Source: Clostridia bacterium (GTDB lineage: Bacteria; Bacillota; Clostridia; TANB77; CAG-465). From it: a DNA stretch of 64,000 nt. How positions within the stretch are numbered: the stretch's first letter is position 1; each line of letters opens with the position of its first letter. The position numbers were made by a program, and so were the translations under genes. Location: positions 5,708 through 69,707 of the forward strand of contig JAZSRF010000045.1 in the NCBI GenBank assembly GCA_045538335.1, written 5' to 3'. The notes beneath the pieces were generated by a model. That model searched no databases and was not told the origin of the DNA. It was given only the letters and a program-made list of their open reading frames with translations. Positions 32,354 through 40,615 of the stretch are shown in pieces.

Positions 32354-32430
32354 GCGGCAGTAGCTCAATTGGATAGAGTAACGGACTACGAATCCGTCGG
32401 TTGGGGGTTCAAATCCCTTCTGCCGCACCA
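32354..32430 (+). tRNA. tRNA-Arg (anticodon ACG), intact, carried just inside the element
   Basis: Acceptor GCGGCAG/CTGCCGC, anticodon stem ACGGA/TCCGT with loop CTACGAA, T-loop GGTTCAAATCC, encoded CCA; 77 nt. Confidence 0.9.
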
Positions 32431-32465
32431 CTTTTACAGCTTTTAGTTTACAGAAGGCTGTATTT

Positions 32466-33747
32466 TTATCCCCAAATTTTATTAATTTCTTCTCTTTTTC
32501 TTGTTAATGTAACGTGTATATAATACTTCTTTGTTGTAGATGAGTCAGAGTGCCCCATTAGTTCTTTTAACACAACATCAGGCACACCTCTTTCACTGCA
32601 TAATGTTGCAAAACTATGCCTTAAACCATACAAGGTTACTTTCCCCAATTTGTACTTTTTAATAAATGTTGGTATTTTATTTGTTAATCTTTCAGATACA
32701 TAAGGTCCTCCGTTTTCATTTAGAAAAACATATTCTTCATCCGACCATTTTATATTATTCCTTTTTGCCTTTTCTTTTTTGCTTTCTTTTAACTTAATTA
32801 ACATTTTAAATAACCTTGGCGACATTGGTATAATTCTATAACTTTCTTTAGTTTTAAGACTGCTATCTGCTTTCTTATAGCCAATAGCATTAAAGTTCTC
32901 ATCAAATATTTGAATTTCTTTATATGCATTTTCTACACATATAGTCTCATCTTTAAAATTTACACATTTCCATTTTAAGCCACAACCGTTCTTCTGGTCT
33001 CATACCAGTTTGAATTATGGTAGCAAAGAGCAGCGCCCAATCTCTACCATCTTGTTCGGCACAATCTAACCACTTTACTTGTTCTTCAGATGTTAAATAA
33101 CTAATCTCTTTTCTTCTCTTGGGTGGTAACACAATATCTACAATAGGGTTAATACTAATTAAATTTTGCTGTCTTGCAAAGTCCATTATTTGTTTCATTG
33201 TAATGTAATTATCTCTTGCCATTTTAGGTGCATTTCTATTATCTATGTAATTTTGAAACATCTCTTTTGTAATTTCATTTATTAAGTATTCTCCAAATGC
33301 AGGTATTAAATTAGACTTAACATTGTATACATATTGTTCAAAAGTTTTACTGCTTAATCTTTTTGCTCTGTTAGGCATTGTTTCTTGTCTTCTTTTTTCC
33401 AGCCAATTAAAAGCAACCTTATTAAACTTATTACACTCTTTTGCTTTAGAAATAATTTCTTGTGTAACATCCTCATTGTTATATTCTTTTAGTTTTCTCA
33501 AACTTTTAGAACATGTCCTATTTGTTTCTTCTTCATTTAACCCTTTGCCTTGTGATGCCCTAATGTATGCCTCAGCTATTGCTTCACCAAGTTTTCTTTT
33601 TGCCTCCTTTTCTGAAACAGAACTAAACCTAGATAATCTATAGTTTTTTATACCATCAATATCTAAAGTTATTCTTGCTTCATAACCATTATTTCTTTTT
33701 CTAACGCTTATAGTGCCCTTTTTAGCCCTTTCTTTTATTTTCTTCAT
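32466..33747 (-). pseudogene. int: tyrosine site-specific integrase, disrupted by a frameshift near 32950..32990
   Basis: The N-terminal ORF (32953..33747) ends inside box I (...TGMRPEERLW). The C-terminal ORF (32466..32825) carries LRHSFATL...HSD...Y catalytic residues in a different frame (lower coordinate mod 3 = 0 vs 1). The alternative frame reads through as ...GLKWKCVNFKDET.... Confidence 0.7.
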
Positions 33748-33844
33748 ACAATTCCCTCCTAATATAAAGAAAATGTTTAAATTAGCGTTTAGAAAGGTAA
33801 ATCATAGTTATTATAACATCTCTTTATATGTAAAGTCTAATCTT

Positions 33845-34033
33845 TTAATAATAATATTTGCCGTAATTTTCGTGAATCCACTTTTCAAGATCTTGCTTAT
33901 TAATAATTACTTTTCGCTTAAATCTTATACAAGGGAATCCATCAACTTTAATTAGTTCTAGCATTAAGTTTCTTCCAATGCCCAACATCTTTCTTGCTTC
34001 CTCAATGCTAATACATACCTTTTCGTCTTGCAT
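33845..34033 (-). CDS. xis: excisionase/AlpA-like small HTH DNA-binding protein
   Basis: 62 aa from ATG 34033 (RBS AAGGAGG): MQDEKVCISIEEARKMLGIGRNLMLELIKVDGFP. Directly upstream of int. Confidence 0.5.
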   Translation of the reverse strand: MQDEKVCISIEEARKMLGIGRNLMLELIKVDGFPCIRFKRKVIINKQDLEKWIHENYGKYYY

Positions 34034-34140
34034 ACTATACCTCCTTCTTCTTAAATTGAAAGGATTTGTTATATAAATAATCTGTCCACTTAATATAACT
34101 AAAAATAACAAATGTAAAATTTAAAATTATATATTTTTTA

Positions 34141-34540
34141 CTTTGCTTATTACTTGCCCCTTCACTTACTATATATCCTTCAAACACTAAAAATCGGACA
34201 AGATTTATAAAAATAGCGACTTTTTACAAAATTTCACATAATCTTCTTTGTTTTTAGTATTAATTTTTATATTCTCTCATTACTTAACAGTCCTCCAAAC
34301 ATATAAATAATTAGAAGATTTACAAAAATAACACAATTTTCTTTATTTGTTATAATTAGTTTTATCCCCTTTCACTTCCCTATCGATTGAAACAGTGAAA
34401 GTCGGACAAAATATTAAAAATTTATTTAATTTTTTATAAATTAGATTATTTACCCCTTCACTTATATAAACAGTTGAAACACCAAAAATCTGACAAAATT
34501 TATAAAAACCGTGCTTTTTCACACAATTTCACACAAAAAT
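34141..34540. repeat. iteron-like imperfect direct repeats (CCCCTTCACTTA ... AAAAATC(G/T)GACAA(G/A)ATTTATAAAAA ... ATTTCACA) x ~2.5 in AT-rich non-coding DNA
   Basis: Copy 1 is 34156..34238; a partial copy with the hairpin CTTTCACT..AGTGAAAG is 34365..34420; copy 3 is 34455..34534. The two ~50-bp units are ~80% identical. Confidence 0.5.
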
Positions 34541-35244
34541 ACCCTTATAATTGGAAATATCAATGTAATAAAAAAGCAGTATTAAAACCACTCAAACAAA
34601 ACAAATAACTTTTGATATCTGTTTTATACATTAACTTTTGTTCATTAAATAAGAAGAAGTACTTTATTAAGTATATCAACTTTCACTTAAAATAAAGAAA
34701 AGCTTTAAAAAGGGAACATATAATATAATTAATTTAGTTTATGATGCAATACTAGATAACTTGACCTTTCCTAATGGCAAAAACCAAAGTGTTTATTCTC
34801 TACGAACCATGAAGCTGACAATAGTTATCCATAAGAAATAAAAATGTATAAATTTGAATATTACTTAAATTGTAAACTCAAAGATCAATTTCCTAAAGTT
34901 ACAGCTAACAAAAGAGTTAATTTTTAAAAAGTTCTAAAAGTTTAAAGATAAAGCAAAAAATCTATTATCAAAACAAAACTATCATATAAGAAGCAAACGA
35001 CACCAAGAGGTAAAGTATTCTTTTGCGCAAGCAAAATTGAATAAAGAAATTAAAAATCTTACTAAGATAACTTAAAACCAGATACATAATGGTACATTAT
35101 TTGTATGCATTTGACACCGAGATATGTTTAATAGTATGATAACCACACTATCTATAGTATAACTGAAAATGAGAAATCAAGCAATATTGTTTAAAAATTT
35201 GGGCGCCCTAAAATTATTTTAGGGTGCCCTCTTTGTTTTGAGAC

Positions 35245-35418
35245 CTATTCAAGTGCAAAACTAGCAAAATACATATCCTTGCCCGTGCAACGCTGTCTGC
35301 ACTTGGAAGTGCTCAATACACGAAACTTCTTTCCTTGCGTCTTTGCATCATTACGTTGAGCTTTGATATAAGCCCTACGCTCTTTAGGAGAATCAAACCA
35401 CGTTGACCAATTTTTCAT
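35245..35418 (-). CDS. small hypothetical protein (57 aa) with its own RBS and terminator
   Basis: GGAGGTG RBS; MKNWSTWFDSPKERRAYIKAQRND...; downstream hairpin GGGCGCCCTAAAAT/ATTTTAGGGTGCCC at 35204..35232. Confidence 0.3.
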   Translation of the reverse strand: MKNWSTWFDSPKERRAYIKAQRNDAKTQGKKFRVLSTSKCRQRCTGKDMYFASFALE

Positions 35419-35445
35419 TAGTGCACCTCCAATATGAGTCTTCTT

Positions 35446-35661
35446 CTACAATTCAAAAAATTCTTTTCGTTCTTCCGCAGTTATATTAAAAAGTCCCCCG
35501 TGTCCATCTTTAACTTCCCAGACCCCATCTTCGCAAGAACCTGATTTCCCAGGGAACTTATCCTTGACGCCGAGAATTGTTCCAGATGTAATCTGAACAC
35601 CCGTCTTTGTAACATAATCTTTATTGCATTTTATTTGCCATAAATTTCTGCAACAAGTCAT
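35446..35661 (-). CDS. small Cys-rich hypothetical protein (71 aa from ATG 35661)
   Basis: RBS AAGGAGG + ATG giving MTCCRNLWQIKCNKDY...SGSCEDGVWEV. The longer ORF call lacks an RBS. Confidence 0.35.
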   Translation of the reverse strand: MTCCRNLWQIKCNKDYVTKTGVQITSGTILGVKDKFPGKSGSCEDGVWEVKDGHGGLFNITAEERKEFFEL

Positions 35662-36180
35662 ATTTTTAATCCTCCTTATAATTTGTTGATGTTTATTCGA
35701 CAAGGTACTACTGCTATACAATACAGTGCCTCCTTAAAGTCGTACAAAACCTAAATGCTTTTATTATTTCATTATAGTAAAATGAAATTCAATTAAACTG
35801 ACACCTATATTATAACATATATTTTATGTAAAGTCAAATAAGAATACGCCGAGACATTTTCTACTTATTATGTTAATATTTCCAAATCACAGTCGAGCAA
35901 CTGTATATATTAGTATAGTATCACTAACTATCAGTACTATATATAAGGTCAATAATAAATGCTATATTTTAATGCAACTTATTTGTTTTTTCATTAGATT
36001 AATTTTTAAACCCGTTATTTCTTAATTTATTTATACCTAATACAGGAATAGATGCAAGACACATCGGCTCACATCTTAGAGGCACAGCCACTAAACTTGT
36101 ATTACAATTTCAATTTTGTATTACATTTGTAATACGATAACCAAGTTGGTCATTTTAAGTAGAATGCTACATATAAGCAA

Positions 36181-36232
36181 AACTACAGTATCTCTTGTTT
36201 AAGAGTAACTGTAGTTTTATTTTATTTATCCA
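36181..36232. terminator. hairpin AAAACTACAGT...ACTGTAGTTTT with T-rich flank at 3' end of the defence operon
   Basis: 11-bp inverted repeat overlapping the stop of the RloB-like gene. Confidence 0.4.
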
Positions 36233-36908
36233 TCATTTCTTCTAATAACAATCCCACATTAGAGCCCAATTCAGTCTTTAAATATTTAACATCTTCACAA
36301 AAAGACTTTTCATTTTCTATTGCTGTTCTAATATTAGCTTTAAATTTTTTGAAATCAATATTTCTTTTATTACAACCAAATATTTGATTTAACTTAACCT
36401 CTAAAAACCTTCTGTTATTGCTTATTTTTTCATTATTTAACATATCCTCTTTGCTTATGTTAAAAACTTCTTTACTATGCAATACAAGAAAAAATTCAAA
36501 AGTAGGATTTGTTACAAAAGGGAAATATCCACATCTACTAACACCCTCTAAAAACTCATCATATTGATTGTCTTTAAAATTTTGTGGATCCCTATCGACT
36601 ATAAAACATACCTTGTCTATTTCTTTACTGTACACAAATTTATCTTCATCTAAAGATTTATTAAAGTTTTCTAATTTTTTAAGCGGATGGCTTTGTCCAT
36701 ATTCGCTTTCTTCATTTTCTACCGGAACAATCTCTATCAAATCTTTTATTCCTATTTCTTCCGAATTTTCTTTTACACCTTGAAAGTATTGTAATTCTGT
36801 TTTATCTCCTTCAGAAACAATAAAATATTTAGACTTAGGTTCTTTACTTCCTTTTCTTCTTTCTAGGTTTAATCCATTTTCACTAATTATTCTCATCTGA
36901 TAAATCAC
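36222..36908 (-). CDS. RloB-like (AbiLii-type, Toprim/OLD-related) defence protein
   Basis: Toprim-like signatures YFIVSEGDKTELQYF and FIVDRDPQ. Overlaps the preceding ATPase gene by 26 nt (operon). Confidence 0.6.
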   Translation of the reverse strand: MIYQMRIISENGLNLERRKGSKEPKSKYFIVSEGDKTELQYFQGVKENSEEIGIKDLIEIVPVENEESEYGQSHPLKKLENFNKSLDEDKFVYSKEIDKVCFIVDRDPQNFKDNQYDEFLEGVSRCGYFPFVTNPTFEFFLVLHSKEVFNISKEDMLNNEKISNNRRFLEVKLNQIFGCNKRNIDFKKFKANIRTAIENEKSFCEDVKYLKTELGSNVGLLLEEMMDK

Positions 36909-38283
36909 CTACCGGAAATACAGTTTCAAAAATTGGTACTCCACCATAACGGCCTTCTAAATATGCTTTATCAATCTTTTTATCAAATCTCTCATTATAA
37001 TCTTCTAAAGAATATAACTCTGTTTGACCATATTTTTGTCTATTTGCAAACCAAACCTCATCTCTCCTTAATAAGTCAAAATCTAAAAGCCTAGATTCAT
37101 GTGTAGTAACTATTAATTGTGTATTCTTATCTTCAGAGTTAGCTAAAAATCTTTTTACAAATTCAAACGTTAATTGTGGATGCAAACATCTATCTACTTC
37201 ATCTATTAAATAAACTTTCTCTTTATTTTTATTCATCAAAATTTCAATTAGATCGAATAATCTTTGTGTACCATCGGATTCCTCAGAAAATAAATATTCA
37301 CTTTCATTATTTTTATGCTTTAATACTATCTTTTGAACTTGAATACCAGCTAATTCTGCTTTTCTCAAGATATACATTTCCTTATTTATTCTAATATTTG
37401 CTTGTTGAACAATTATTTTGTTGTATTTCTTCAAATTATCCATAAAAGCTTTTTCTATAGTATCAATCATATTCTTTAGAATATCTGGTGGTATGTTGTC
37501 TTTTAATTCTTGCAAACTTGATTTTACAACTTTACATTTGCTGATTCCCGTTCCAAATGTAGAAATTATATCATTTATTTTTTCAATATTTTCTTCTGTA
37601 GAAAAATACGGTGTATTATCTAAACCTACTTGTGGAAAAATGATAGTTAAAGTATTATTAAACCAATTAAATAAATCTCTAAAAATACATACATTATTAT
37701 CTGGAAATTCTTTATACATTGTATCTTTGTTTTTATTCATAATGGTTAAAAATAATATATTATCTTGGCTCTTCATATCTGAATAATAAACGTTATTTCT
37801 ATTTATTATATCTTGGACATCATTAAAATATTAACTGTTTAATTCTATATTTTCATTTAGTTTTCTTGTATAAATAAGTATTTCCTTATTTTTATTTTTA
37901 TCCAACTCATATAGCCATTCTGCACGAATACTATTTTCTGATAATAGCATATCAAATCCATAAGCATAATATTTATCATTAATTTTTATTTCATATTCAA
38001 ATGAAGATATCTTATCCTTATTTGAATTGTTGATTCTGCAATATAGACTTGTGACATTAAATGCTACTCCTCTTAAAATAATGTTTTTCCCAAAATTAAT
38101 TGCTTTTAATAAATTAGATTTTCCGGATGCATTAGCCCCATATACCGCTGAAAATTTTAGTAATTTTAGTTTTTCATCGCTTACTAAGTGCGCTGCTTTA
38201 TTTTTTACAGCACCCGCTATCATAGAGAATTCTTGTTCTTCATTAAAAGATAAAAAATTTGAAACTTTAAATCTTATTAACAT
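36883..38283 (-). pseudogene. ABC-type AAA_21/AAA_15 ATPase (AbiLi/AriA-like) interrupted by a single in-frame TAA (37831..37833)
   Basis: N-terminal part has Walker A FSAVYGANASGKSNLLKAI. C-terminal part has ABC signature ESDGTQRLF, Walker B VYLIDEVDRCLHP and H-loop VTTHE. Both ORFs share one frame. The 18 codons between stop and next ATG have no further stops. Confidence 0.7.
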
Positions 38284-38491
38284 ATTCTTCCTCTCCTTTT
38301 ATATTATTTTATGTGATAAAATCGTTTTTGTCAATAATGTTTTATGTAATTTAGAGCAATTTTATGAATTTGTAGGTGATTTTTTCACTTTAGCGTTGTT
38401 TTATTAACTATTTTGTATTTACACAATATTTTTATAGCATTGATTTTAATTATATCTGTTGATATAATTAATTTGTACAGGAGGTGTACTT

Positions 38492-38902
38492 ATGATTTTA
38501 TTAAGTGAAATAATCGCTGGGTTAGAAACAGTTAGTGATATCACTGATGTTTACTACAATCCCGAAACAGAAGAAACATTTTTATCTGATATCGGAGATT
38601 TTGAGGATTTAGATGAAGATGAATTAGATGAACTTTTTGAAAAATCTATAATGTTGCCTACAAGATATGATATAAACGAATATGGAATGATGGAAGAATT
38701 TATAGAAACCAAAAACAACAATACTCTTTTATATAATCAACTATGCATTGCAATTAATGGTCCTGGTGCATTTAGAAGATTCAAGGATACTTGTATTAAC
38801 TTTGATATTATTGACGAATGGTGCAAATTTAGAGATGCTAAATATAGAGAACTTGCGATAGAATGGTGTAACGAACACAATATCAAATATAAGGAGGACT
38901 AG
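38492..38902 (+). CDS. hypothetical acidic protein (element cargo)
   Basis: 136 aa with RBS AGGAGGTG, run of acidic residues (DFEDLDEDELDELFE) and motif GPGAFRRFKD. Confidence 0.45.
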   Translation: MILLSEIIAGLETVSDITDVYYNPETEETFLSDIGDFEDLDEDELDELFEKSIMLPTRYDINEYGMMEEFIETKNNNTLLYNQLCIAINGPGAFRRFKDTCINFDIIDEWCKFRDAKYRELAIEWCNEHNIKYKED

Positions 38903-38904
38903 CC

Positions 38905-39633
38905 ATGTTAAAAGCAAAATTAACAGACAATTTAGCAGGACTTACTATTAGTGGTGATCACGAAGATTTAGACAAGCTTTACGATGCTATAAATTATTTA
39001 ATTAAAGGCGAACCCAATAGTATACAAGAATATACTATGCAAAACCATTTGTATGGCTTTTTATATGATGTAAGACACGCTTATCAAGGTGATAGAGAGA
39101 TAGAATTAATAGATAACTGGGTTAGCGAAGACGTAAGAAAATGGCATGGCTTTAAAAAAGCTGAGATTACAGATAAAAACGCATATTTTAGTTTTAACTA
39201 CCCTTTACCAGATATGTTACTAGATATGGTCTTAATTCAACACTTTATCAGAAAAGTACATAAGAAAGAAAATGACATTTACAATCCATACATAAACATT
39301 GTAAATTTATTTTATAGTATTGCATTAGATCCGTTATATCAAGTACTAACACCAAACAAATTTAATACTATAAAGAACGGCCTATTGGAATCAGTTGTTC
39401 CAGTAAAATCTTTCTGTCCACAATGGTTTCAAATGATAACTTGTGATTATTTAAAATGGCCTAAAGAAAAACGATTGAAAAATCTGCCTAAGATAGCAGA
39501 TGAAATATATAATTTTATGGAATATGAGGATTATGTTAAAATAAAAATAGATATGGATAAATATTGTAAAGAAAACAATTGTACACTAGATGATGTTACT
39601 ATGGGCGAATATCCAACCGAAATAATTTGGTAA
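38905..39633 (+). CDS. hypothetical protein (element cargo), translationally coupled to 38492..38902
   Basis: 242 aa, RBS AAGGAGG, start 2 nt after upstream stop. Confidence 0.45.
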   Translation: MLKAKLTDNLAGLTISGDHEDLDKLYDAINYLIKGEPNSIQEYTMQNHLYGFLYDVRHAYQGDREIELIDNWVSEDVRKWHGFKKAEITDKNAYFSFNYPLPDMLLDMVLIQHFIRKVHKKENDIYNPYINIVNLFYSIALDPLYQVLTPNKFNTIKNGLLESVVPVKSFCPQWFQMITCDYLKWPKEKRLKNLPKIADEIYNFMEYEDYVKIKIDMDKYCKENNCTLDDVTMGEYPTEIIW

Positions 39634-39664
39634 ACAAAAACAATATTCTGTCTAGTATTTTTTA

Positions 39665-39715
39665 GAGAAATCTGGAGTTGCACTCCAAATTTCTCTAAAT
39701 TTTTGTTTTTTTCTT
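39665..39715 (+). terminator. Rho-independent terminator (TTTAGAGAAAT-CTGGAGTTGCACTCCA-AATTTCTCTAAA + T-tract)
   Basis: Nested inverted repeats followed by TTTTTGTTTTTTTC after the 242-aa gene. Confidence 0.55.
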
Positions 39716-39784
39716 TATATGCATTTTTGTTAATATAATAACTTGTAATAATAATTTTATAGTATTTAATTTATATTATTATAT

Positions 39785-39873
39785 TCTACAATTTTGTATA
39801 TACCTTCTCTACATTTTTGTATAGTACCTATAGTCATTTTTGATAATACCCTCTCTACAAAATTGTAGAGAAG
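39785..39873. repeat. three copies of CTACA(A/T)TTTTGTA(T/G)A; third copy is a 16-bp palindrome TCTACAAAATTGTAGA
   Basis: Copies at 39785..39800, 39808..39824 and 39855..39870, immediately 3' of the HTH_36 replication-like gene. Confidence 0.45.
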
Positions 39874-39890
39874 TTGCCATTTAATCCCCT

Positions 39891-40244
39891 TTAGTACCCT
39901 GCATCTATATAATCATTATAATCTAATTCATAGTCTATATTTTTCTTACGAGTGAGCCTACTGTTATCTAGTAAGTATATCTTTCTTTTTGAATCCTCAC
40001 TATTTTTTACTATCTCTACTTCTAGATATCCCTCCTTAACAAGTTTGCTTATCCATCTAGATATTGTGTTTGGATCACAATTATATAATCTTGCGAAATA
40101 TTTGTTTCCTGCAAAACAATATCCCTTTTTATTTGTTAATGCTGTTATTTCACCATATAACAATTTTTGTCCATTATTTAGATTTTCATCATATCTTACC
40201 TTTGCAGGTATTATTGCATAGTAACTTGGTTTTATTTTTTCCAT
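39891..40244 (-). CDS. HTH_36 / phage replisome-organiser N-terminal-domain-like DNA-binding protein (candidate replication initiator)
   Basis: YYAIIPAKVRYDENLNNGQKLLYGEITALTNKKGYCFAGNKYFARLYNCDPNTISRWISKLVKEGYLEVE matches the winged-helix pattern of DnaD-like/replisome-organiser N-terminal domains. Confidence 0.5.
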   Translation of the reverse strand: MEKIKPSYYAIIPAKVRYDENLNNGQKLLYGEITALTNKKGYCFAGNKYFARLYNCDPNTISRWISKLVKEGYLEVEIVKNSEDSKRKIYLLDNSRLTRKKNIDYELDYNDYIDAGY

Positions 40245-40308
40245 ATATTTTTACCTTTGATTTACCTTTCCCAAAATTGGGGAATAAAATTTATTTGCTT
40301 ATACTATA

Positions 40309-40325
40309 CCCCAGTTTTACCCCAA
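40309..40325. repeat. 17-bp direct repeat CCCCAGTTTTACCCCAA (right-arm copy)
   Basis: Identical to 32312..32328. Confidence 0.5.
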
Positions 40326-40497
40326 TTTTTGTAATTTTTCTTAAACTAATTTAAACTTTTTCGTATTTTTTTAAATTAAAATAAATTTTTGTTTTATCAA
40401 AGGTAATAAGATTTTTTGCAGTATTTTCAACACTTGTAACGTTTTTTCTTGATTTTTCTAGTGCTTAATGATATACTCATTTTGACTATTGGTGTAC

Positions 40498-40544
40498 GAC
40501 TACGAATCTGAAGGTTGGGGGTTCGAGTCCCTTTTGGTGCACCA
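40498..40544 (+). other. 3' half (anticodon loop through CCA) of the disrupted tRNA-Arg(ACG) gene; attR junction
   Basis: GACTACGAATCTGAAGGTTGGGGGTTCGAGTCCCTTTTGGTGCACCA. The acceptor 3' strand TTGGTGC is the exact complement of GCACCAA at 32209. There is no local 5' partner. Confidence 0.7.
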
Positions 40545-40615
40545 ACAAGTATACAGCTCATGTTATACTTGTTTTTTAATATTCAATAGTTGCAAACTAT
40601 TTCCAGGGGGTTAAC

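Larger units (their letters stand above)
32248..40497. mobile_element. ~8.25-kb integrated element (PICI-/satellite-like or degraded prophage remnant) inserted in the anticodon loop of tRNA-Arg(ACG), bounded by 9-bp direct repeat GACTACGAA
   Basis: A tRNA split into halves 8.3 kb apart flanks the element. Internally there is an intact tRNA-Arg(ACG), a tyrosine integrase (frameshifted), an excisionase-like HTH, iteron-like repeats, an HTH_36 replication-like gene and defence cargo. 17-bp direct repeats lie near both ends. Confidence 0.65.

Noticed and set aside
36883-38283. Treating 37831..38283 and 36883..37776 as two separate genes
   Set aside because: Same frame, single TAA, open linker. 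The ABC ATPase motifs are split across the two parts, so it is one interrupted gene.
40440-40544. Possibility that 40498..40544 is a complete tRNA
   Set aside because: No 5' acceptor strand or D-arm exists within 80 nt upstream. The only complementary acceptor strand is at 32209, 8.3 kb away.
32354-40544. Classical model: element integrated at the 3' end of the intact tRNA 32354..32430 with attR at 40498
   Set aside because: The putative attR is only patchily identical to the 3' part of that tRNA (GACTACGAATC, GGTTGGGGGTTC, TCCCTT). In contrast it matches the orphan 5' half at 32209 perfectly as a tRNA partner. Kept as an alternative, not the main reading.
40590-40615. TTG start at 40590 for the ATP-grasp gene
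   Set aside because: GTG at 40616 has a proper AGGGGG RBS 8 nt upstream. The longer N-terminus would run into the att junction.
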